In this document: positions 50,401-60,785 of the stretch, in pieces
Layout: each line of letters begins with the position of its first letter
Position numbering within the stretch: position 1 is the stretch's first letter
Assembly (NCBI GenBank): GCA_950097015.1
Contig: CATNEN010000007.1
Span: 3,596,001 to 3,660,000 of the forward strand
DNA from: Macrostomum hystrix
Lineage: Eukaryota > Animalia > Platyhelminthes
Reading direction: 5' to 3'
DNA length: 64,000 nucleotides
Position numbers and translations under genes: made by a program
Notes under the pieces: generated by a model
What the model saw: only the letters and a program-made list of their open reading frames with translations
Databases searched by the model: none
What the model was told of the DNA's origin: nothing

Positions 50401-53400
50401 TGGCACTGGCTGCCAGGTCTGCGCCTGCAACCACACCGGCACCGGCGGCTCCGCCACCTGCCACGTGGACACCGGCGCCTGCGCCTGCCTCTCTGGCGTG
50501 GCCGGGCTCAAGTGCGACTCCTGCCTGCCGGGCTTCTTCAACTTCACCGACCGCGGCTGCACCTCCTGCCAGTGCAACCCACTGGGCATCCGGGATCCCG
50601 GCCAGGCAGTCTGCGACTCCGCCGGCCAGTGCAGCTGCAAGCAGCACATTGTCGGCGCCAAGTGCGACCGCTGCGCCGAAAATCGGTTTGACGTTGCTCG
50701 AGGCTGCCCCGAATGCCCCGACTGCTACGGAGTCGTGCAGCAGCTGGTCCGTGACCTACGCCTCGAGTTGGCCGCTATTGAAGGCCTCTTTAACGTCACA
50801 CCGGATGTGTCGGCCGTCGGCAATATTCGAATGCGGCTGACGGCTGCCAGGGAAAAGGCTGCGGAACTGTTGAAGCGGTTGGAGACCGTCCTAGGACCTG
50901 GGGTGAGTAGGGATCCCACTGCTCAGTCTGGATCCCACTGCTCAATCTGGATCCCACTGCTCAATCTGGATCCCACTGCTCAACCTGGATCCTACTGCTC
51001 AATCTGGATCCCACTGCTCAGTCTGTATCCCACTGCTCAATCTGGATCCCACTGCTCAATCTAGATCCCACTGCCCTTTGCAGCTGACGCAGACCAACCA
51101 GCGCCTACTGCAGAGCCTGAGCCAGCAGCTGGACGAGGCCAGCAACCGGCTGTCTCAGGCGGACGTCAACCTTAGTGAAGCCCAGCGCTTCGTCTCAATG
51201 CAGTTCCCTTCGATGCAGAGCGAACTGAACCGCCTGAGCCAGACCATCGAGTCGGACAGGTTGAGGTCAGTCAATGTCACCCTCGACCAGACCGAGCAGC
51301 TGCTGGGAGAGTACCTGGCACTCAGTCGCGCCATCAACAAGACAAACAGGGACCTGCTAGTGAGTATTCTCGCTGCTTGAGTCTCCGCTATAGTCGCAGT
51401 TGAGACTGACTGTTCCACCTGATCCGCCATTGCCCCAGGATCGGCTGGACAGTGTTCGAACCGCCTCCGGGGAGCTGGAACGCCAGGCCGACGAGCTGCG
51501 CCTCCTGGCCAACCAGAGACTGAAGGAGTCGCAGGCGCTGTCCGCAGAGCTGGGCGCAGCTCCAGCTCAGGTGGCTGCTGCTGAGCAGCGTCTCACTCAG
51601 ACCGGACAGGAGGCGGACGCGCTGACCGAGTTGGCCAGGCAAGCCGAGGCGTCGGTGTTAGAGGCTCGCGGAAATGCCAGCGAATTCATGGCCAGGTAAA
51701 CGGCAACCAATTCTTCACTGCAACCAAATCCTCACTGCAACCAAATCCTCACTGCAACCAAATCCTCACTGTAACCACTTCCTCACTGCAACCAAATCCT
51801 CACTGCAACCACTTCCTCACTGCAACCAAATCCTCACTGCAACCACTTCCTCACTGCAACCACTTCCTCACTGCAACCACTTCCTCACTGCAACCAAATC
51901 CTCACTGCAACCAAATCCTCACTGCAACCAAATCCTCACTGCAACCACTTCCTCACTGCAACCAAATCCTCACTGCAACCACTTCCTCACTGCAACCACT
52001 TCCTCACTGCAACCACTTCCTCACTGCAACCACTTCCTCACTGCAACCACTTCCTCACTGCAACCAAATCCTCACTGCAACCACTTCCTCACTGCAACCA
52101 TATCCTCACTGCAACCAGATCCTCACTGCAACCACTTCCTCACTGCAACCACTCCCTGAAACCAGCGCATTATTGCCTCCCGCAGGTACCACCGGTTGTT
52201 GGGGCTGCTGCCTCAGTCTGACACAGCCCAGCTGATTAGTCTGAACTCTTCGATAGCCGATCTTGCACAGCTCAATGATCAGGTCATGCAAAAGTACAAC
52301 AACGTGGCCGATCGCCTCCGCATCGTCAGGGCGAACCTCACCCGGGTGGTCGAGCTGGCCGAAGTTGATTTCCGGCGTCAGAACGAGAGTCAGGCCAGGA
52401 CGGACCAGTTTTATCAGGACCTGTTGAAAAGAAAGGCTGAAGTTCAGGTAAGGCTTCTAAAAATGCTACATCAAATGTATAATCTTAGGCTTGATTAACA
52501 TAACTAATTTCATACTAAGCCTTTTTGTGACGAATATACGGAAATTGTCATAAGGAACATTTTGAAGGTCGCGCGCAAGGCACGCATGTCAAAATTCGAT
52601 GCTGGGCTGGAATGTAACATAATTATAATATCATCCGATGCTTTTAATCATGTGCTGAAATTACCTTGAAGCTCCCCAGTTCCTAAAGCCAGACTTATGT
52701 TGTAATCTTCGTTTGTGCGATAGGTGCTGCGTAGTAAGTTCTACAGGCCGTGAGCAGTCAGGGCATGAACGGGGTTTGATTACTGGTCCGCGAACAGGTA
52801 TCGCTCAATCAATATGTCAGCGATGATTAGACAAAATATTAATTCGGCGTCGTCAGTCCGAACACATCCATCGAATGGTTCTGGAATCCATCGAACTCGT
52901 TTTTGGTGTACAATTGTGTGATGTTCAAATGAACTCGTACAATCGCGTGTTTTTCCTCAGGCGATCGTGGACCGGTCGCTCGTCTACAACTCAAGCGCCT
53001 ACAGCCTGCTGGAGAAGCTGCAGAACTACGAATCCGCCATTCAGAAGTCGCGCAACGATGCCTTGCTGTCAGTCCAGCAGCTGAACAATGTCCGGGAGAC
53101 TCTGACGAACGCCAGCAGCATGGTTCGAGAGGCGCAGCGGCTGCACGACGAACATGCCGCAGCCGCGGGGGAGGCCTCCATCATGGCGGAGCGTACCAAG
53201 CAGCTGGCAACTGAACTGTTCAACGTGAGCAGGACCGATGATTCTGAGTCCGAAACCTGAAAAATTATATCCAAAGCTGAATTTTATTCTACTTAGAGTT
53301 TAAGCTAATCGTTTAAAAGCCACAGTTCTGACCAAACCACTTCAGCGCTCGGACAGTCTGCTAAAGGAGTCGAACGCCAACCTGTCGGAGGCGATGTCCG

Positions 53401-54057
53401 CCTACCAGCGCGTCCGGGCTGTGGCAGATTCGCTGGACAGCATGGAGATCCGGCTGAACCAGATCTTGGACAAGCAGGCAGAAACCGATCTCAAACTTGG
53501 TCAGCTGTCCAAGCTATCCAGTGAAGCGAAAGTCAATGCCAGCGCGCTGCAGAGAAGCATCGCCGACCTCACCAGAGACATTGAGGCTCTCGTGGACATT
53601 TCCAGTGAGTTCTAATTTCATTCATTGATGCGGTGGCTGTCACTGTTGAGATTGAGAAGGTCTTCGGTGCGCGTTGTGCTGATTGATTTGTTGATTGTTA
53701 CAAGCCAGGCTAGGAAACTATCACCGCTTCACCGTATTCTCGCTAATTAAGCTCGAACTAACAAAAATGCTCACCACGACAGAGAACAGCGACTTCTACG
53801 CCCAGGCGGACGCGCTGAACGCCAGCATCGATGCGCTGCTGCGCAACGCAACCGGCGCAGGCGGCGGCATCACGGAGAGCGAGCAGCTGCGTCAGGCCTC
53901 GGAGCTAGTGAGCCAGTACCAGCTGGAGCAGGACAGCGTCATGCGCGAGATTGACTGGCTGGAGAAGGAGCACGAGCGGCTGTCAAAGGTCACCCAGGAA
54001 TTGGGGGCCTACGAGGGCTCGAACTGCTGGTTCCAGTTCGCCAGAAATGTCGAATAG
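41484..54057 (+). CDS. LAMC: Laminin gamma chain, 15 exons, about 1678 aa
   Basis: Signal peptide, LN domain, LE/EGF repeats, L4 domain, further LE repeats, then coiled coil. Exons 41484-41928, 42383-42693, 42807-42931, 43010-43495, 45511-45886, 46481-46862, 47488-47724, 49118-49440, 50144-50902, 51084-51359, 51439-51695, 52186-52447, 52961-53224, 53346-53604 and 53783-54057 sum to 5037 nt with consistent phases. The NTDPNDL motif and C-terminal C..E support a gamma chain. Confidence 0.93.
42080..42152 (-). mobile_element. tRNA-like SINE head (third family) or tRNA pseudogene
   Basis: Reverse strand reads GTGACGTGGTTAGAGC...GGGGGTTCGAATCTC (A/B boxes). No full cloverleaf is evident. Confidence 0.4.
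44812..45485. repeat. 28-bp minisatellite (TAAACTACCTGTCTCATACCACCCTCTC), about 24 copies, laminin intron 4
   Basis: Directly visible; it runs to within about 25 nt of the acceptor. Confidence 0.95.
45910..46240 (-). mobile_element. tRNA-derived SINE family A
   Basis: Reverse complement of the family; 3' stem variant GGCTGTGGG/CCCACAGCC. Confidence 0.85.
47195..47360 (-). mobile_element. Diverged 3' half of SINE family A
   Basis: GACTTTCTCATCGCCAGG and CTGAGCACACACACG match the family in reverse orientation. Confidence 0.5.
47845..48682. repeat. 21-bp minisatellite (TGTGACTCTTGTCATAGTTAT), about 40 copies, laminin intron 7
   Basis: Directly visible; a single T-to-G variant recurs at 48015, 48225, 48414 and 48582. 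Confidence 0.97.
48769..48872. repeat. Perfect inverted repeat: 49-bp arms, 6-nt loop
   Basis: 48769-48817 is the exact reverse complement of 48824-48872; the loop is TTGCAC. Confidence 0.95.
49675..49808. repeat. 44-bp tandem repeat, 3 copies
   Basis: CAGCATTGCTCTGCATAAACCTCTAAGGCGAATCCATATTGGTT at a period of 44. Confidence 0.85.
49870..50020 (+). repeat. Dispersed repeat shared with about 62070-62215
   Basis: GATGAAATTTTGTGAG...TTTTGCCACCAGACAC...GAGAAACGTTGAAT...TTTGTGATTCTGGAAGTT occurs at both loci. Confidence 0.8.
50911..51072. repeat. 19-bp minisatellite (TGGATCCCACTGCTCAATC) filling laminin intron 9
   Basis: About 8 copies between donor and acceptor. Confidence 0.9.
51716..52155. 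repeat. 17-bp minisatellite with two variants (CACTGCAACCAAATCCT / CACTGCAACCACTTCCT), laminin intron 11
   Basis: About 26 copies; period of 17 read directly. Confidence 0.95.
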
Positions 54058-55074
54058 TGCATCAAGACGCATTGAACATGCTTGCTTCGATAGAAACTGT
54101 AAAATTACATGACCGGCAGTTTGTGCGCTGCTCGCTTATTGTTAGAATTGAGTGCCATCACTCAACCATGCACCCCATTTGGACTCAAGACTCACAAGCC
54201 AGTACATCTTAGGAGGCAAAATATTTCAGCCTGAGCTACCCGGGCCCTTAAAGCCGCTAGGTTAGTAATAACGAATAACGTTATAACGAATTCCCGATCA
54301 GCGCATTGTGAAATATGCTGATTGTCTATCTAAGGTCAAATCATTTGGTATTGCAATAGCACGATGTAAAAGTGTATCATAGCTCGTACTTTTAATTTAC
54401 AGCACTTTTGTTAAGTAACTGCTTTAGAATCGATGTGCAAAACATTTTTAGTATCTGCGTGTACTTTTAACTGAATGAAAATGTATTTCGATAAGTTACC
54501 TCTATTGACACTAGGAAAAGCAGTTCTTAGACAGATTCGTTTTTCATTAGGGTAATTTCAGATTTTTCTGAAACAAAGCTGCTAAATTTTGGTCGATTGG
54601 GCGAAACAAAAAGTTTTGCGAACTCAAACTGAGCTTTGAGCAAACTGCTTACACTTATTGCTTTCGGCAGCCACTGCAGCTCGTGCTGCTGCCATAACAT
54701 TGTACTAATTTCTTCTCTTTACTTAGTGCAATTTTATTTTATTGAACTTGTAACTTTCTGTAAGTGTTCTCGCATGTTGCTCTAAAGAAATGTGGCAATA
54801 AATGCAGCAGAAAAAATGCTGCTCGACTGGTTGGATATGCCCTGGTCTCACTTCTTTAAGTCTGTCTGTCTGTCTGCCTGCAAACTGTCAAAAATGAGCT
54901 ACCTGTGGCTGTGTTTTGCTTAGCAATGGCCTTGGTTATGTCGAGTGTTTATTTTATCGAGAGCGAGTAAAATACAGAAATTGTAACAGCATACTACAAA
55001 ATAAAAACAATGGAGAGAGAACTAAATCGTCACTCGAGGGGCCAGCTCGTACAGCTCAGATTCCAGCCGTCCAA

Positions 55075-58000
55075 TCACAGCTCGTCCTTCTTCTTGTCTG
55101 GGCTGGCCTCAGCCTGCGGCGGCTGCCACTCGTCGGCGGCTCCCGATGGCCCGCCGGCCATCTCATCCTCTTCCTCTTCGGCCGCGCCAGTCTGCTCCGT
55201 CGGCTGCCAGGTGCGGTGCGGCGCGAACACGCTGTCGTCGCTGCCGGCGGTGCGCAGCAGCTTGGGCAGGCGATCCGCTTCCGGCCCGTTTCCGGCGGCC
55301 TCGTGCATGCCAAAGACCAGAACGTTGTAGTCAGCCACGGCTTTGCTGATAGGCCGGTATTGCTGATGGGATTTTGTGGGGCTCATATAAATGCTCATAT
55401 TGAAGCGCTGATCAAATTCGACTGTTGCTACTTATCCAGCTTTGGGCAGTAGCGAGGGATTTAAAGATCCAGACCTTGCTCTATCAACTGGCACAATGTG
55501 TCCTGCTCTACCTTTCTCTTAAGCTTCATTTCCAGCTCCTCGTCTGACAGAGCTCCGTCCATGTCCAAGTCGGCGGCCTTGAAAATGGCGCTGACAGCCG
55601 TGGCGAACTCCTGATTTGCTGCCAGCACGTCGTTGTCACCGGCGAGGGTCTTCAATAGCGCCGCCTCCGTCCTGTCATCTTTCGGCAGGATTTCAGCGAA
55701 GACATGCCTAAAGTGTTTCGAGTTGTTGAGTTGACAACAGTAGCATTAGCCAAATATGCCTTTTTAGTGTGGTGGTCCTACATTAGAGACACATGACACA
55801 CTAGACCTACCTGATGCTGTCAACGTCTCCAAGAATGCTATTCTCGACGCTTCTGAAGTACACTCGCTTGAAGTTCAGATTCGTGCTGTAACTCGGCATG
55901 CAGGTGCCCAGCGGGTACTTTTTCATTGGCGGCCACCAGATGTTAACTGCCAGGTTGTTATCAAAGGAGCGCACCTGATGAACCCTGGAGACATTGGAAA
56001 TACATTATCAATAATGTTGAGTTACCACACCATCACCGCTAACACTGCTTAAACAGCAAGCAACAGCAAAGTGTTCACGACTGTGATCAGACGATGCTCA
56101 CCAGAACAATGGGATGTACAGGCAGTCGCCGGCCTCCATCTCTCCGATATGAAACTCCAGGCCTTTGAACTCTGGCCGGCTGTCCAAGTCGATTCTAAAG
56201 CATTATTTTCGAGCTAATATAAAGCTATTGTATTCCAGACTTCATTCATTGATAAAAACTAGAGAATGTGCGCGCCCACGAGAGAAAACTAACTGCGGTG
56301 TGGGCAGCAGGACATCCGGGACAGGCTAGCTATCAACCCGGATGTTGAAACGCATTATAGCTAAGTTTCTTGGTATGCAGACTCTTTCTTGCTCACTGCT
56401 CACTCAAACGGTATCTGGCAGTGAGGCAGAGCAGTAAAACGAGTTGCTCACTTATCAACATCCGCTGTAGAAAATGAGCCCTCGTCCTTGTCGATGATCT
56501 TGTTCGCCTGCTCTTCGTACTTGGTTGTATTGAGAAACACCAGCTTCTTGCGGCCGCGGTAGAGGCAGTTGATGTTCTCGTAGGCATCGTGATGAATCAC
56601 ACTGGAGGTGCCACCGCTAGAGAACCAGACAACGTGGGTGTCGAGGCCGCCCTGCAGGAAATACTTGCACTGCAGCGGAAACGGCAACAGCAGGTCACTC
56701 CTGGAACATTACGAAGCAGCTTAATTAGTTCCTACCTAAGGGTGGATGTGCGGTCCCCGGCTTTCTTATCTTCGGCCACCATGTTATGTTCGTTAAGGCA
56801 TCTGAGCCCTCAACTGAATGGCAGCATTCAGGGACAACTGAAGTAGATCGTGTATATAATGAAACTTCAGTTATCCTTGGCAGTATTTTGCTTCCTAGGC
56901 GACTCCTTCTAACTAGAACCCTAACTTTTTTCTTCCAAAGAAATTGAAACAATCGTACAAGTTACGCCGGGGGTCGGTGGCAGAGCGGTCAACGCGTTTG
57001 CCTTTCGCACCAAGGTCCCTGAGCTCGATTCCGCGGCGAGGCCACATTAATTTGGGGCGCAGCCGCGGAGAGAAGGCTTGGGGTCTTGTCGTGCAATTTA
57101 CGCCCTTGAGGGCCAACCTCCAAGGCACAGTGAGAGTGTACACTGCCTGACGATGAGAAAGTCAGGGTAAGGTGTACACACCTGTGTGAGCCGGTGCCTG
57201 CGTACATAATCTGTGTACATTGTATCACCTTGAGGTTGTAGCCTAGTGGTTAGAGCGTCGGACTCACGACTTGAAGGTCGGGGGTTCGATTCCCGACTCC
57301 ACTAGAAAAATTTGTGTCCTTTAGCAAGACACTTAACTCTGCATTGCTTCAGTTCACCCAGCTGTTAAATGGGTACCAGCATCAGCTGGGATAATTGAAG
57401 GTGGGTGTGGCGTCCCCCCAGTCCATGGACTGAACTGCCGTACGCAGCCTTCAGATGCGCCGCGCAATAGCTGCGACTGTGCTGGCCAGATGCAGCAATA
57501 GCTGCATCTGGCCTAATTGGGGCAGGTGTAATCAATTATTAATAATTATTATTATTATTACATTGTATGCTTAGGAGTCAGTGGAATGGGCAGAATTGCC
57601 TCCTCGCTGGCTGCTGGTCAAGTGTCACCAAATGGTGTGCCATTGCCCGCAGCCCTCCAGCAATTATTAATACTATTGTCATTACATTTTACGCCGTACT
57701 TACAACAAGTACTCCGGCACATCGGACACCATGTAGATATTTGAGGTGTTGTAGATCTCGAGAAACTTCTTAAAGTGAATGAAATTGTAGTTCTGCGAGC
57801 GATTCTCCTTCTTGCTGTGCTCAATGAAGATGTCGCCAGCGGGTCTCGGCGGTACCACGGAGCTGATGTACTCGTCCGTCCACTTGCTGAATGCGGGCGA
57901 CAACTTGGCGGCGCCCTTGAATAGTAGAGGTCTGTTCTTCAGAACGTAGTTGTCGATAAACTCCTGCGGCGAAATGAAGCCATCCACCTGGTCGATGGGC

Positions 58001-58119
58001 AGGTTGGATCCCTGCTTACCGAAGGCTTCCAGGTGACCTTGGCGAGTCTCGTCGGTTCTTGCCAGCTGCAGCTGAAGCAGCAGCGGCAGCAGAACTGACA
58101 GGGCTTGTAGAATCTGCAT
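55075..58119 (-). CDS. Secretory-pathway JmjC/cupin-like 2OG-Fe(II) oxygenase with EF-hand and C-terminal KDEL, 6 exons, 486 aa
   Basis: Exons 57704-58119, 56452-56700, 56102-56194, 55811-55984, 55512-55707 and 55075-55407 sum to 1461 nt with consistent phases. Signal peptide MQILQALSVLLPLLLQLQLA; NRPLLFKGAA; WFSSGGTSSVIHHDAYENINC; GDCLYIPLFWVHQV; EF loop DLDMDGALSDEE; ends KKKDEL. Confidence 0.9.
56968..57670 (+). mobile_element. tRNA-derived SINE family A, split by a nested CORE-SINE
   Basis: Head GGGTCGGTGGCAGAGCGG...GAGCTCGATTCC; the 3' part resumes after 57568. Confidence 0.88.
57226..57558 (+). mobile_element. tRNA-derived CORE-type SINE (family B), full length with 10-bp TSD
   Basis: A box TAGCCTAGTGG, B box GGTTCGATTCC, CORE-like GTGTCCTTTAGCAAGACACTTAAC...CCCAGCTGTTAAATGGGTACC, and (ATT)n tail. 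TSD TACATTGTAT at 57216-57225 and 57559-57568. Confidence 0.85.
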
Positions 58120-58547
58120 CGCTTTGTCAAGTGTCTTTGAAGCTGCAAAGCCTAAAATCACGGCACAATCTACGTCTTAATAACAGCACAGCTCGAGGGG
58201 GTCAGCTTGCTCAGGTTTAAACTTGCTGACGTGGCAGACTCAATTTGGTTGGAGGAAGTGACAGAGATGAATGAAAGCAGAATAGAAGACTATTTGAGCT
58301 GAGAAGGAGGGGTCAAGACTCTCTGGCACGCGTTCTCGAGAAGCGTGCAGCGTCACAGACCAATAGTCCTGGCAGTGTGCTCGTCTCTCTATCTCTCATT
58401 TTATTGCAACTATCGCTTGCGCATTCTCCTTGTCTGCCCCACCAGCTCTTTTTTGTCTGGCTACTCGCTCCAGCCGGAAAAAGATTATTTTAGCTGTCCG
58501 CTGTGCTTCGTTTCGCAAGTCTGCGCTCTGGGGTGGTCGTTGTGAGC

Positions 58548-58664
58548 ATGGCACAGTGGGTGCCGAGCTGCCGGGCTGGTTGGCTCGGGGTGGTGCCAGG
58601 CCTCGTGCTCGCGTTGGCGTGCTCAGTTGCGATTTCCGAGTCCCTTTCAAGTCGTTCATCTCAG
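58548..58664 (+). CDS. Possible first exon (signal-peptide-like) of an unidentified plus-strand gene
   Basis: MAQWVPSCRAGWLGVVPGLVLALACSVAISESLSSRSSQ followed by CAG|GTCGGG; GC-rich and head-to-head with the JmjC gene. No downstream exon identified. Confidence 0.25.
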
Positions 58665-59252
58665 GTCGGGTCTGCAAATTCTGTCTCACTCTAACTGGGC
58701 CTGCCTGTCTGACCTACCTGCGACCCCCGAGCCCACCTGTGTGTGTGCTCATCTGGGCATTTCAAAATACGCTCGTAACAAAACAATATTTTTTGTTTAC
58801 AGAAAATCTCAGGGACAAACAAGTCGAGATATTGTAAGCAGCTATTTTTTAGTTGTCTTCAAACTAACGTATAATCGCATATGCACTTAGTGGGCTTCAA
58901 TTCAACGCTTCGAGCATACCCTCTAAGACTGAGTAAGCTGGGTTTACTCAGTGCGTCGTACCTGAGCTCAAATCAGCGGTGATTCCTTGATTTGGTTTTG
59001 GGCCAAAGCTTTGGACACTAATGTCTAGAATTAGCAATTTTATTCTCTTGCCAGCCTGTATTGATGTTGGAGTATGGGGATGAGTTTTAGCGGACAGCCT
59101 AAAGCTTATTCTTAATCTGTTTATTCTTCTGTCTAGCCATTCCAATGGAAATTTTCCTATTGGAATGCAAAGGTCTTAAAATCTCTTTAGTCATTAAATA
59201 TAATTTTAAACAATAAAACGAATAAGGAACAATAGTTCTGAAACCTAAAAAA

Positions 59253-60785
59253 CACACGAAGCTGAACTTCAGTCCTGTCTCTCTTTCACACGAATCTGAA
59301 CTTCAGTCCTGTCTCTCTCTCACACGAAGCTGAACTTCAGTCCTGTCTCTCTCTCACACGAATCTGAACTTCAGTCCTGTCTCTCTCTCACACGAATCTG
59401 AACTTCAGTCCTTTCTCTCTCTCACACGAATCTGAACTTCAGTCCTGTCTCTCTCTCACACGAATCTGAACTTCAGTCCTTTCTCTCTCTCACACGAATC
59501 TGAACTTCAGTCCTGTCTCTCTCTCACACGAAGCTGAACTTCAGTCCTTTCTCTCTCTCACACGAAGCTGAACTTCAGTCCTGTCTCTCTCTCACACGAA
59601 GCTGAACTTCAGTCCTGTCTCTCTCTCACACGAAGCTGAACTTCAGTCCTGTCTCACTCTCACACGAAGCTGAACTTCAGTCCTGTCTCTCTCTCACACA
59701 CGAAGCTGAACTTCAGTCCTGTCCCTCTCTCACACGAAGCTGAACTTCAGTCCTGTCTCTCTCTCTCTCACACGAAGCTGAACTTCAGTCCTGTCTCTCT
59801 CTCTCTCACACGAAGCTGAACTTCAGTCCTGTCTCTCTCTCACACGAAGCTGAACTTCAGTCCTGTCTCTCTCTCTCTCACACGAAGCTGAACTTCAGTC
59901 CTGTCTCTCTCTCACACGAAGCTGAACTTCAGTCCTGTCTCTCTCACACGAAGCTGAACTTCAGTCCTGTCTCTCTCTCACACGAAGCTGAACTTCAGTC
60001 CTGTCTCTCTCACACACGAAGCTGAACTTCAGTCCTGTCTCTCTCACACACGAAGCTGAACTTCAGTCCTGTCTCTCTCACACACGAAGCTGAACTTCAG
60101 TCCTGTCTCTCTTTCACACGAAGCTGAACTTCAGTCCTGTCTCTCTCTCACACGAAGCTGAACTTCAGTCCTGTCTCTCTTTCACACGAAGCTGAACTTC
60201 AGTCCTGTCTCTCTTTCACACGAAGCTGAACTTCAGTCCTGTCTCTCTTTCACACGAATCTGAACTTCAGTCCTGTCTCTCTCTCACACGAATCTGAACT
60301 TCAGTCCTGTCTCTCTCTCACACGAATCTGAACTTCAGTCCTGTCTCTCTTTCACACGAATCTGAACTTCAGTCCTGTCTCTCTCTCACACGAATCTGAA
60401 CTTCAGTCCTGTCTCTCTCTCACACGAAGCTGAACTTCAGTCCTGTCTCTCTCTCACACGAAGCTGAACTTCAGTCCTGTCTCTCTCTCACACGAAGCTG
60501 AACTTCAGTCCTGTCTCTCTCTCACACGAAGCTGAACTTCAGTCCTGTCTCTCTCTCACACGAATCTGAACTTCAGTCCTGTCTCTCTCTCACACGAAGC
60601 TGAACTTCAGTCCTGTCTCTCTTTCACACGAATCTGAACTTCAGTCCTGTCTCTCTTTCACACGAATCTGAACTTCAGTCCTGTCTCTCTCTCACACGAA
60701 GCTGAACTTCAGTCCTGTCTCTCTCTCACACGAAGCTGAACTTCAGTCCTGTCTCTCTCTCACACGAAGCTGAACTTCGCCCAGT
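59253..60785. repeat. About 34-bp minisatellite (CACACGAAGCTGAACTTCAGTCCTGTCTCTCTCT), about 44 copies with variable (CT)n
   Basis: Directly visible; the unit matches the stop-codon region of the adjacent lectin genes. Confidence 0.97.

Noticed and set aside
54916-55452. Plus-strand ORFs overlapping the JmjC last exon (similar antisense ORFs overlap importin, GPCR, ankyrin and laminin exons)
   Set aside because: They are GC-rich shadow ORFs of genuine opposite-strand exons and have no motifs.
57231-57305. Functional tRNA genes at SINE heads (also about 56970 and about 42080)
   Set aside because: They have A/B boxes but continue into SINE bodies with tails and TSDs, and no complete acceptor stem is evident.
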